Shown piece by piece: positions 29,520-40,032 of a DNA stretch of 64,000 nucleotides; within the stretch, counting starts at the first letter, position 1; every line of letters starts with the position of its first letter. A program made the translations under genes and the position numbers. Below the pieces are notes generated by a model. It did not search any database, was not told where the DNA came from, and worked only from the letters and a program-made list of their open reading frames with translations. Origin of the DNA: an uncultured delta proteobacterium (lineage in GTDB: Bacteria > Myxococcota_A > Polyangia > Polyangiales > Polyangiaceae); the NCBI GenBank assembly GCA_963850305.1, contig CAWKKR010000007.1:352001-416000 (forward strand), written 5' to 3'.

Positions 29520-30785
29520 TCAACGCCGTTGAGCGGATCCAGAAAGTCGCGATCGGCACCGCGTGACGGGCGGAACGAAGACGGTGCGGACCTCGCCGCA
29601 GCGACACGGGAGATAGATGCTGCTCACGAAGGCGCCGAGGTTCCGTCGCGCGCGGAGCTCTTCTCCGGTGGGCAGCGTCACGGCGAACTGACGCTGCCCG
29701 AACATGACCGTGAAACCGTCGGAGAGGTGGAGTCCCGAAAACGAAGCGTGGTCGAACGCTCCGAGCACGGCAAAGAGCCCCTGCTCGCGCAGACTCTTGC
29801 GCGACGGGGCCCGAAGACCGCGCGCCAGGCTCATGAGCGGATCGAGCCGCGGCACATCGCCCCGGGATGGAAGGGTCTCGATCTGGTGCAGCGTTCGGTC
29901 TCCATAGTAGTGAATACCGCGCCGTCCATACAACCGGAAGAAGTAGGGGATGTCGCCCCGCGCGAGTTGCTCGGCTTCGGCTTCGAGGAGCGGCGGCCAG
30001 AGCTCCTCCGAGCGGCTGCGGACGTAGACGTCCGTGCCGCGCAAGCACACCCGGATGGGGGCAGTACGGAGGGCCGGTAGACGGGAGAAGACGTCTGCGA
30101 TGTCGCGAGCATGCCGGTCGAGAAGATCGAGCGTGCCGCGATAGGCCGCGACGATCGCGATCAGGTTGGCAGGATCTACAGGCTTGCCCAGATAGGGCAA
30201 TACGCGGCGAACGCCGCAGGCATGCCGGCAGACGTCGCCGTACTCCGGATCGGCGTCGGGCAAGAGCTTGGTCTCCGTCGGCAGCGACAGGTTCGCGAGG
30301 ATCATCTCGACGTCGAGCGGCCCGAAGACCACGCGATCTCGACCATCGACACCGAGCACCAGGTTTTCCCAGTGCAGATCACCGAGGCCCAGCCAGCTGA
30401 AGAGCGCCAGCGCTCGCCCCACGACGGCCGCGAGCGCTCGCTTGCCTTCGTTCGAGGCGGCGGGCAATGGTGCGAGCGAGACGCGCTCGACCTTGCCAGC
30501 TACGCCGGTTCGTGAGAGCCAAAACTCGAGCTCGGGTAGAAACCCGAACGTGTCGGGCCCGAGGCCGTCGCGCTCGGCGGCCGCGGTGAGAAACGTCCGG
30601 AGCGGGCTCTCCGCCGAAAGAAGCAGCCACTCCCAGAAGACGGTGCGAGGTTTGGTGACCCCATGAGCTTCGACGATGACGCGCCGCCCGAAGTTGTGAG
30701 AGTCGCCGGCCGTGTGCGAGCGAGTCGTCGCGGGCCCACGCCTTTCTCGCCGAGACCGGGTCGGAGGGCTCATGCAGGCCTTCAC
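29520..30785 (-). CDS. Stand-alone LanM-type dehydratase domain protein (DUF4135-like), no cyclase
   Basis: GDSHNFG..V, KPR, DLHWEN, DVEMIL, RVCLRGT.VY and E.EQL.RGDIPYF, in the order seen in class II lanthipeptide synthetases. Confidence 0.75.
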   Translation of the reverse strand: MKACMSPPTRSRRERRGPATTRSHTAGDSHNFGRRVIVEAHGVTKPRTVFWEWLLLSAESPLRTFLTAAAERDGLGPDTFGFLPELEFWLSRTGVAGKVERVSLAPLPAASNEGKRALAAVVGRALALFSWLGLGDLHWENLVLGVDGRDRVVFGPLDVEMILANLSLPTETKLLPDADPEYGDVCRHACGVRRVLPYLGKPVDPANLIAIVAAYRGTLDLLDRHARDIADVFSRLPALRTAPIRVCLRGTDVYVRSRSEELWPPLLEAEAEQLARGDIPYFFRLYGRRGIHYYGDRTLHQIETLPSRGDVPRLDPLMSLARGLRAPSRKSLREQGLFAVLGAFDHASFSGLHLSDGFTVMFGQRQFAVTLPTGEELRARRNLGAFVSSIYLPCRCGEVRTVFVPPVTRCRSRLSGSAQRR

Positions 30786-30797
30786 CCACTGCCGCCG

Positions 30798-31862
30798 TCA
30801 GGGCATCGGGTGCTTCTCGAAGAAGTCGATGATGGTGTTCGTCGCATCGATGTCGACGCTCGATTTACCGACGAGCGCAGGACCGCCCGGCCAGGAGTGA
30901 CCACCATCCACGATCGTGCAGAGCTCGACTTCGCTGCCGTCCTTGCACCCGGACCAGGTATGGCATGCGGCGTCGCCCTTCTGCGAGACCAGGGTCGACC
31001 CGGCGAAGAGCGAGGGATTCGGGCCTCCATCGAAGGTCGACTCGTCGGGCATCGGGACCTCGCTCGCTCCGTCGGGCAGCGGCGAGTTCGGGCACGCGTC
31101 GAGATCTTTCCAGAGATCGATCGAGTAGGAGACGGGCGGGAACTCGAGCAAATGAACGATCCCGTCGAGGCCCCCGTTGAAAGGCACGATCGTGTCGCCC
31201 GTGCCGTGGACGGCGAGGATCGGGACGGGACGCGACGGGCTACAGGGCGACACGACGACGGCGCCCGCGACGGGCGCGACGGCCGCGAACACATCGGCCG
31301 CTTCGCAGGCGAGGCGGTAGGAGAGCATGGCGCCGTTCGAAAGCCCGGTGGCGAACACGCGCTTCGGATCGATGCAGTAATCCGACTCGAGCTTCGTCAC
31401 CAGATCGCGCACGAAGCCGACGTCGTTCGCCGTGTTGCCGCAACAGGTCCCCGCGTTCCAGCTGAGGCCGAGGCCGACGTCGAGCCCGGCCGGATAAGCG
31501 ACGATGAACCCGCGCTGGTCGGAGGTGTCCGACATGTGCGTCACCGTCTCCTGAAGAGTGTTCGGCTCCAGCAGGCCGTGGAAGTTCAGGACGAGCATCG
31601 CCGGCTTCGTCGGGTCGTAGCTCGCTGGAACGTGCACGATTGCCCCTCGTAGGCCGCCATCGGGTGTTCCGGGTTCGGGGATGGTCACCGTCGTTTCTCC
31701 GAGTGCTCCGGTCTTGGCGTTGCACGCGGGCCCCGCCGAAGTGAGCGCTTCTGCACCGGCATCCGACGCTCGGATCGCCTTGCTGGTGCCACAAGCCGGG
31801 AGGGTCACGGCAACGATGGCGAGGACAGTGTGAACGCGCCCCGAATGCGTGGATCTGTGCAT
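30798..31862 (-). CDS. PHB-depolymerase/LpqC-family alpha/beta hydrolase lipoprotein
   Basis: Lipobox LPAC; LVLNFHG, SWNAGTCC, DVGF, TGLSNGAM, HGTGD, GGHSWPG. Confidence 0.88.
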   Translation of the reverse strand: MHRSTHSGRVHTVLAIVAVTLPACGTSKAIRASDAGAEALTSAGPACNAKTGALGETTVTIPEPGTPDGGLRGAIVHVPASYDPTKPAMLVLNFHGLLEPNTLQETVTHMSDTSDQRGFIVAYPAGLDVGLGLSWNAGTCCGNTANDVGFVRDLVTKLESDYCIDPKRVFATGLSNGAMLSYRLACEAADVFAAVAPVAGAVVVSPCSPSRPVPILAVHGTGDTIVPFNGGLDGIVHLLEFPPVSYSIDLWKDLDACPNSPLPDGASEVPMPDESTFDGGPNPSLFAGSTLVSQKGDAACHTWSGCKDGSEVELCTIVDGGHSWPGGPALVGKSSVDIDATNTIIDFFEKHPMP

Positions 31863-31949
31863 GTAATTCCCTGGGACGGGGGACGATATCATGGCAACTC
31901 CTCGACAGCGTTTCACGCTCCGAAGACGATTGCGGTCCGAGCGTCTGCC

Positions 31950-32236
31950 TACGTGTTCGTATCTCGGACAATGGTCCGGAGATCGCGGAGGACATCCGCA
32001 CGAGGGTCTTCGAGCCCTTCTTCACCACGAAGGAAACCGGGCGCGGCAGTGGCCTGGGTCTCGCGACAGCCTACGCGATCACGACGGACCACGGGGAGCG
32101 TTTGACTTGCGAGAGTCAGCTCGGTGTCGGTACGACCTTCACTGCCCTCCTGCCGGCGGTGGACGAGGCGGTCCGGGAAGCCGTCTCCCCATCCGAATCC
32201 GACGGCACGGCCGCAGTTTCGACTGGTTCTACCTGA
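31950..32236 (+). pseudogene. Orphan fragment of a histidine kinase ATP-binding domain
   Basis: VRISDNG…RVFEPFFTTKETGRGSGLGLATAY…GVGTTF; no N-box, H-box or start. Confidence 0.8.
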
Positions 32237-32371
32237 CGCATTGCAGCGGTCCGTGAGAGGCTGGACCAGCTTTCGGGCGGCATGGGATTCTCATGACAGT
32301 TTTTGCGCTCGGGAGTAAAGGCAGTGTCCCGGTCCGGCGGGACATAGCCGCGAGGGAACGCGACCGCAGCC

Positions 32372-35300
32372 ATGGGAATTTCCGAGCCTGTTTCTAGAAT
32401 TGCGATCGTCAACCGGGGTGAAGCTGCGGCGCGGTGCCTCCGCGCCATCCGGGAGCTGCGGATGGAGGAAAAGACGAGCCTCGTCGGCATCGCCCTCTTT
32501 ACGGATCCCGACAAGCTCGCCCCGTTCGTGCGCGACGCCGACGAAGCGTTCGGCCTCGGCCCCGCCTTCCAGATGACGCCAGGCGGCGAAACCGAAATCG
32601 GTATATCTCGACTACGACCGACTGGTTGCGGCCCTCCGGGCAGTGCGGGCCGACGCAGTATGGCCCGGGTGGGGATTCGTCGCGGAACACCCTGACTTTG
32701 CGGATCTGCTGGCGCGAGAAGGAATCACCTTCCTCGGGCCCAGCGGCGAAACGATGCGCCGACTCGGCGACAAGATCATGTCGAAACGGATCGCGGAGGC
32801 AGCAGGCGTGCCCGTTTCGCCCTGGAGTGGTGGCCCCGTGTCCCGCGAGAACGTTTCGGCCGTGGCGCAGAAGATTGGCTTCCCCATCGTCCTGAAGGCG
32901 ACTGCCGGGGGCGGCGGCCGCGGGATCCGCATCGTGGACGGGCCCGCGGACCTGCTCACTGCGTTCGACAGCGCGACGTCGGAAGCGAAGAGCGCCTTCG
33001 GCGACGGTACGCTCTTCGCCGAGGCGCGCATCGCGAACGCGAGGCACGTGGAAGTTCAGATGGCTGCGGACCGGCACGGAGGGGTGCTCGCGGTCGGGCT
33101 CCGCGACTGCTCCGTGCAGCGCAAACACCAGAAGGTCATCGAGGAGGGGCCTCCGCCTGGGCTTTCCCCCGCGTTGATGGAGCGTATGCGCTCGGCCTCC
33201 GTGCAGCTGCTTCGCGACGTCGAATACGCGGGTGTCGCGACGTGCGAATATCTCGTGACTGGAGGCAATCACTTCTACTTTCTCGAAGTGAACCCGCGGC
33301 TCCAGGTCGAGCACGGGGTGACCGAGATCCTCACCGGGTTCGACCTCGTGAAGGCTCAGATCCGCATCGCCCGCGGCGAGAAATTGCCGGAGCGCCCACC
33401 CGAAGAGCGCGGCGCAGTGATGGAAGTAAGACTGTGTGCGGAGGATCCGGCGTCGGGCTTCGCGCCGAGCCCCGGACACATTTCGCTCCTGGATCTTCCG
33501 GCGGGGCCCGGCGTACGCGTGGACTCGGGCATCTCGGCGGGGATGAACGTGCCGAGCGAGTTCGACTCGATGATCGCGAAGATCCTGGCGCAAGGTGCGA
33601 CGCGTGAAGAAGCGCGGGCTCGCCTCGAGCGCGCCGTGCTCGACGCACGCGTCGTGATCGAAGGGGGGATGACCAACAAGGGGTTTCTGCTCGACGTACT
33701 CGATCACCCGGCCTTCGGTGCGGGTGGAGTCACGACCGATTGGCTCGACGCGGCGGGCCTCGCGAGACCGACTCAGCCGGTGGTCGAGGCCCTCCTCGTC
33801 TCCGCGATTCACCAGTACCAGAAGGGTCGAGCAGCCGCGCGCGCCAACTTCATCGCGGAGGCGTCACGCGGACGGCCGATGAACATCCCGCCGTCGGCCG
33901 GCGCCGAAGTCGGTCTGGTGTACGCCGGGAACGCGTACCGTCTCCACGTGTTCGCCCTCGGAGGCTGGGCTTACCGGATCCACCATGAGGGGCGCGCGAT
34001 GCAGGTCACGTTGCTCGAGCAGGGACCGTTCGCTCGTCTCCTCGTCACGCGCAAGCGCCGTCTTCCGGTTCTCGTGAGTGCGACCGACGTGGAGATCCGT
34101 CTCGACCTCGATGGGCGGCAGCACCGCGTCGAATGCGACGTCGGCGGGCGAGTCCGCGCTCCGGCGCCCTCGCTGCTCATCGACGTGTCCGTCAAGGCGG
34201 GCGACCGGGTGGAAGTGGGCGACCGCCTCGGTCTCTTCGAGGCGATGAAGTGCGAGACGGCGTTCCACGCGCCGATCGCCGGCCTCGTGCGCGAGGTGGC
34301 CGCGCGTCCCGGCGAGAGATTGAACGCGGGCGACGTCATCGTCGTCATCGAAGCGAGCTCGGATGGGCCCGACCCACGCAGCGCCCGCGCTCTCGTCGAG
34401 TTCGCGGATGAGCCGCACCCGCTCGACTGTTTCCTCGATTCGAAAAAGCACGCCGGCTTCGAACCCGTGGACGCCCTTTCGGAGGAGCAACGCCGCGAGG
34501 CGGTCCAGGCCCTACGCGCCCAGATTCGAAGGATCTTTCTCGGCTACGACGTGAGCCCTGCACGGGCGCAGCATCTCGTGCAGGCGCTCTCGAGCAGCGT
34601 CGCGCGGATCTCGTCGGAGTTCCGGTCCGTACTGGGCTCGCTCGTGCCTGCGAGCCTCGAGCTTTTCGCCGATCTGGAGCTCCTGTTCAGTCGCGCCCCG
34701 ACGCGGCTCGACAACGACGAACTCGGCCCGTCGAACGACGCGCGCATGGCGATGTATCTACGCCGCATTGCCGCCCAGGGCGCCGGAATCGACGCTGGAT
34801 TCCTCGCTCTGCTCCGGCGCGCATTCGAACATTACGGGATCTCGTCGCTGAAGCCCACGGACACTCTCGAACGCGCGGCGCTTCGTCTCTACTCGACGCG
34901 AACGACGATGGCGCTCCGAAACAGGCTCGCAACGGCGGTGCTTCATCTCGCCATGCACCTGGCCGACGCGGGCGAACATGTCGAAGCCCCGACCACGCTC
35001 AGAGACGCACTGGACAGAATCTGGATGCTGAGGGGAACCGTGAACGCGACGGTCGCCGATCTCGCTGCGCAGGTGAGATTCCTCCTTTTCGACCGAAAAG
35101 CGCAGGCGGTGGAGGAGGCAAGGGGCCTTCGCGTCGCGCCCGAGTTGACGATGGTCGAGCCGCCCGCCGGGGCGGACCTGGCGCCGTATGCCGAACCGCT
35201 CGGCCTCACGATCGAGCAAGCACGGCGGTTAGAGCTCTGGCGACTCGCGAATTTCGAGCTCGAGCGGTTCGAGCTTCCGGGTTTCGACGGCATCGTCGCG

Positions 35301-37460
35301 CTGTTCGGCAAGTCTCGGGAGGGCCGCGGTGACGAACGGTTGTTCGTCTTCGCCGAGATCCTCGATCTCGGTCCGGGTGCGCCGTCCGAGCCCGACCTGT
35401 CCATCTTCGAGCGGCGCTTCCACGCCGCCGTGGAGGCCATGCGCTCGATCCAGAGCCAGCGAGAAAACGCCCAGCGGCTCCACTGGAATCGCCTGTATCT
35501 CATCGTACGCACCCCGGTGGTATTGAACGAGCGGCTAGTCGCGGCCGGGATGCGAAGGCTGGCTCCGGAAACCGGCCACCTCGGGCTCGAACGCGTCATC
35601 GTTCGTATCGCGCGTATCGATCCGACTGGGAAGGAGCCCAAGCCACGAAAGATCGAGCTTCTCGCCGGGAACCCGACCGGTGGGCGAGTGGAATGGAGCA
35701 TCCGCGTTCCCCACGACAGGCCGCTGGAGCCAGCGAGCCCTTACGAGCGTCGTGTGGCTCTGGCCCGTGCGCGCGGACTGACCTACCCGTACGAGATCGT
35801 CCGCTTGTTCACCGCGGCCGCCGATCCGTCCATTCAGTCCATCGGTCAACCGCTGGGACGCGGGTCGTTCACCGAATACGATCTGGAGGGCGGCCGGGCC
35901 GTCCCGTTCGAACGAGCGCCAGGGGAGAACACCTGCGCGATCGTCTTTGGCATCGTCTCGACTCCGACCCGCAAATTTCCGGAAGGCATGCGGCGCGTTC
36001 TGGTGTTGAGCGATCCCACGCTCGATATGGGAGCCCTGTCCGCCGCCGAGTGCGACCGCATCGTCGCGGCGATGGATCTCGCGGAACGCGATCGGATTCC
36101 AGTCGAGTGGGTCGCCGTTTCCGCAGGAGCGCGGATCGCGATGGATAGCGGGACGGAGAACCTCGACGCGACGGCACGAGTGGTGCGCCGTCTCGTGACG
36201 TTCACGGACAAGGGCGGGGAGGTGAATCTGATCTTGCCGGGCGTGAACGTGGGCGCACAGAGCTACTTCGACGCGCTCGCGACGATGGGGCTCTCCACGC
36301 GCGGGATTCTCGTGATGTTGCCGACAGCGTCGATGGTGCTCACCGGACGGGCAGCGCTTCAATTCGCCGGAGGAGTCGCCGCCGAGGACGAAGTCGGGAT
36401 TGGCGGGTACGAGCGCATCATGGGACCGAACGGCGAGGCTCAGTACCATGCAAGAGAGCTGACCGATGCTTATGCGATTCTCCTCGAACACTACGCCGTG
36501 ACCTACCGCGCGCCGGGTGAAGACCGTCCGCGGAGGTTCGCGACGCGTGACCCTGCGGATCGGGACTTCACGACCGCGCGTTACGATGGGGACGAGGGCT
36601 TCGAGACCATCGCGGACGTCTTCTCGAACGAGTCGAATCCCGGGAAGAAGCGCCCGTTCGCGATGCGCTCCGTGATGCGAGCCCTGATCGATTCGGACGG
36701 TGGTTACCTGGAGCGGTGGCGGGACTGGGCCGATGCGCAGGCGGCGATCGTCTGGGATTGTCACATCGGTGGCTCTCCGGCGACGCTCATCGGCATCGAG
36801 AGCCGACAGCAGCTACGCATCGGATACACGCCGAACGACGGTCCCAACGCCTGGACGGCAGCCACGCTATTTCCCGCCTCCTCGAAGAAGGTGGCTCGCG
36901 CGCTGAACGCGGCCAGCGGGAACCGCCCTGCGGTCATCCTCGCCAACCTGTCCGGATTCGACGGCTCGCCGGAATCGATGCGCCGCGGGGTGCTCGAGCT
37001 CGGTGCGGCGATCGCCCGCGCCGTCGTCCGCTTCCAGGGCAAGCTCGCGTTCGTCGTCGTGACTCGCTACCACGGCGGCGCCTACGTCGTGTTCTCGCAG
37101 GAACTCAACGACGGCATGAAGACGGTCGCGCTCACGGGATTCTACGCGTCGGTTATCGGTGGCGCCGCAGCGGCGGCCGTCGTCTTCGGTCGCGACGTCC
37201 GCAAGCGGATGCTGGCGGATCCCCGTGTCCACGAAGCGCGAAGCGAGATCGACGGGGCTCGCGACGCCACGACCCGAGCGGCGTACCGCACGCACCTCAA
37301 TCGCGTCATGGAGGAAGTCACCCTCGAGAAGCAGGCCGAGGTCGCGGCGGAGTTCGACGCCGTCCACACCGTCGAGCGCGCGAAGAACGTCGGCTCCGTC
37401 CACGATATCCTGGAGCCGAGAGACCTCCGTGCCACGATCTCGAAGTGGTTGGTCGAGTGA
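32372..37460 (+). CDS. Single-chain multidomain acyl-CoA carboxylase (BC-BCCP-CT), with one +1 frameshift near 32603
   Basis: BC: IVNRGEAA.R, PGWGF.AE, KA.AGGGGRGIR, RDCSVQRKHQKVIEE, EVNPRLQVEH. BCCP: EAMK. CT: SAGARIAMDSGTEN, ANLSGFDGSPESM, RYHGGAYVV. Confidence 0.92.
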
Positions 37461-37464
37461 CCCG

Positions 37465-38652
37465 ATGAAAATCGCCGTCGTCAGCGACGAGCATTTCCCT
37501 CACACCGGCGCGGACACCGAGGTCATCGTCAACACCGCTGCGGCGCTCGGCGTCGCGGGAGCGGACGTGACGCTCGTCGTGCCCTGGCTCTGGCGTCGTG
37601 GTCGCGGCGACGAGATTCGCGCATTTTACGGCGTCCCTGAGTCGTTCCGCATCGAGGAGATATTCGGGTGGCCCTTGCCGGCACGTGCCATGCGCGTGGA
37701 GAAAGTCTTTCACGGGCTCCTGACGGGCGGGAGCGCCGCGGTCCGTGCGGCTGATGTCGTCCATACTCGCGACATTCTGCCGCTCCTGGTCGCCGGGCTA
37801 CGAGACCTGCCCTGGTCGTTCGAGACGTACCGGCGGCACGCAGAAGAGAAGCCCTGGCTTCCGGGTCTCCTCCGGCACGTTGGTCTCGGCCGCGGCATCG
37901 GGGCCGTTGCCCACTCGAACGTGTGTCGCGAGGACCTGATCGAGCTCGGGTTTTCGAACCACGCTGTCGTGACGGCGCGGCCCGGCTTCGCGCTCGAGCG
38001 TTTCACGCAGGTGGAGTCCAGGACGGACGCGCGCCGGCGGATCGGCATCCCCGAGCACGGATCCATTTTAGCTTACGTCGGGAACATCCACGCCTCCAAG
38101 GGCATGGACCAAGTGCTCGAGCTCGCTCGAAGATTGGTCGAGACGTCGTTCCTCGTCGTCGGGGGTACACCCGCCGAGGTCGAGCGGCTCACGGCCGAGA
38201 AGAATCGCCGCGGACTCGACAATGTCGTCCTCGTCGGACACCGGCGGCCCTCCGAGATAGCGTCGTATCTGTTTGCTGCGGACGTGCTCTTTTCGCCGTA
38301 TTTGCGCTGGAACTTGCGCACGGGCTGGCTCGCGGAAAGACTCGGCGGGAACGTGCTCCCCGGGACGCCGCTGAAGCTATACGGGTACCTGGCGTCCGAG
38401 CGGCCCATCGTTGCGGCCGATCAAGCGACCAACCGAGAGCTGCTCCGACACGACGAGAACGCGTTACTGTTCCCGGAAGGCCGCCTCGATATCGCGGCTG
38501 ATGCGGTCAATCGTCTCCTGTCGGACGCCGCGCTGGCCGGACGCCTCGCGAGACGGGGCCGTGAGTTCGTGCTGAATTCGACCTGGGAGGCGCGCGCAAA
38601 AGTGATGCTTTCCTTCTTCGAGCGGCGCCTCGCGACGCGAAGGAACGAATGA
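37465..38652 (+). CDS. Glycosyltransferase family 4 (GT-B)
   Basis: YVGNI…KGM, LVVGG, YLFAADV, PLKLYGYLASERPIVA, TWEARA. Confidence 0.87.
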   Translation: MKIAVVSDEHFPHTGADTEVIVNTAAALGVAGADVTLVVPWLWRRGRGDEIRAFYGVPESFRIEEIFGWPLPARAMRVEKVFHGLLTGGSAAVRAADVVHTRDILPLLVAGLRDLPWSFETYRRHAEEKPWLPGLLRHVGLGRGIGAVAHSNVCREDLIELGFSNHAVVTARPGFALERFTQVESRTDARRRIGIPEHGSILAYVGNIHASKGMDQVLELARRLVETSFLVVGGTPAEVERLTAEKNRRGLDNVVLVGHRRPSEIASYLFAADVLFSPYLRWNLRTGWLAERLGGNVLPGTPLKLYGYLASERPIVAADQATNRELLRHDENALLFPEGRLDIAADAVNRLLSDAALAGRLARRGREFVLNSTWEARAKVMLSFFERRLATRRNE

Positions 38653-39380
38653 GCCGCGATGCCTTCCTCGATCCGCTCGGCGAGCTTGCGACGGTAGCGC
38701 CGCGGGTCTGGGCCATCGTCAACGCGGCGCGGCTCCGCGCAGTCAGGCGCGTCCGGTTGGACGGAGCAGTGTGTAGAGGGCCGTCCACCCGACGGGTGCT
38801 CGCCTTGACGTTCGATGACGGGCCGGACGAGCGATTCACTCCGGCGATCCTGGACGCGCTCGCCGCCGCGGGTGCTCGCGCGACGTTCTTTTTCTCGGGG
38901 GCCGCGATGGAGAGATTTCCGAGCATCGCGCGGCGCACCGCCGAAGCCCACGAGATCGGGACCCATCTTTATTCTCACGATTGCGAGAGGACGCGGACCT
39001 TGGTCGCATTCGACGACGAATTGGAGCGTGCGCTCCAGGTTCACGAACGGATCCTGGGGAATCGTCCGACGGCACTCCGGTTCCCCTTCGGGGATCGCGG
39101 GAGAGTCCGGCGCGCCGATCTCGAGAGGCGCGGGATGACGGCGTTTCACTGGACGTTCAGCTCGGAGGACTCGACGGCTCGGACGGCATCCGCCATCGAG
39201 TCGCACGTCGTGCCCCGGCTCCACGCGGGCGCGATCGTTCTTTTCCACGACGGCCGAGCCCCGGGCTCGACGTTGGGGCTCGGGTCGAGGGCGCCGACAG
39301 TCGAAGCCCTGCCGCGGATTCTGCGAGCTGTCGCCGAACGGCAGTTTGCCGCGGTGACGCTGCGCGACCTGCTCAGGTGA
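38649..39380 (+). CDS. Polysaccharide deacetylase (CE4/NodB)
   Basis: ALTFDDGP, ATFF, HEIGTHLYSH, RFPFG, GAIVLFHD. Confidence 0.92.
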   Translation: MSRDAFLDPLGELATVAPRVWAIVNAARLRAVRRVRLDGAVCRGPSTRRVLALTFDDGPDERFTPAILDALAAAGARATFFFSGAAMERFPSIARRTAEAHEIGTHLYSHDCERTRTLVAFDDELERALQVHERILGNRPTALRFPFGDRGRVRRADLERRGMTAFHWTFSSEDSTARTASAIESHVVPRLHAGAIVLFHDGRAPGSTLGLGSRAPTVEALPRILRAVAERQFAAVTLRDLLR

Positions 39381-40032
39381 AGTGCGGCAGAAGGACGGTC
39401 ACCGCAAAGTAGGAGAAGACTGCGTGCGAGACGATGATCGGGGGGAGACGCGCGAGCATCGACGCCGCGAAGCTCCACACGAGACCGGCACCGAACGCCG
39501 CCACGACGAGGAGGGGGTTCGGTCCGATCACGGAATCGCCGAGCGTCACCAGACTCGGTAGATGCGCAACGGCGTAGAGGATCGCCGCGACGACCCAGGC
39601 CAGACGGGTCCCGATGGCGTCCGTCAGGTCGTTCAACACCGCACCTCGCCAGACGATCTCCTCCAGGGACGCCATCATCGCGATCCCGACGAGGAGTCCG
39701 GGGGAAGGTCGGACGTTGCCGACTTCGATTGCGATACGCAGAAGCCAGACTACCCGCGGGGATCCCCCGCCGAACATCCATTTTTTGACGAGCCACGTGC
39801 CCCCGAAGAGGAGTGCAGCGAGTCCGAATCCAATCGTGAAGTCGCCGGCACGAAGTTGAAAAGTCTGACGGAGGGTCCCGTCCGTGTGCAGGCGGTGGAG
39901 TGAGTAGGCTGCAAGTAGCGTATACGGCACCCCGAGCGAGAACCACACCGCGGGCGTTCCCGCGATCTGCTCGCGAAGCGCGAACCCGATTGCGGTCGCA
40001 ACGATTGCGGTTGCCGCGAGCGCGGTCTTCAT
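39373..40032 (-). CDS. CPBP (CAAX/Abi) family intramembrane metalloprotease
   Basis: EEIVWRG, YAVAH and IVSH motifs in a hydrophobic protein. Confidence 0.85.
   Translation of the reverse strand: MKTALAATAIVATAIGFALREQIAGTPAVWFSLGVPYTLLAAYSLHRLHTDGTLRQTFQLRAGDFTIGFGLAALLFGGTWLVKKWMFGGGSPRVVWLLRIAIEVGNVRPSPGLLVGIAMMASLEEIVWRGAVLNDLTDAIGTRLAWVVAAILYAVAHLPSLVTLGDSVIGPNPLLVVAAFGAGLVWSFAASMLARLPPIIVSHAVFSYFAVTVLLPHFT

Noticed and set aside
32590..32615. Programmed ribosomal frameshift in the carboxylase (and in trpB or DUF1232)
   Set aside because: No slippery heptamer or stimulatory structure; the pattern matches the other +1 insertions attributed to consensus error.
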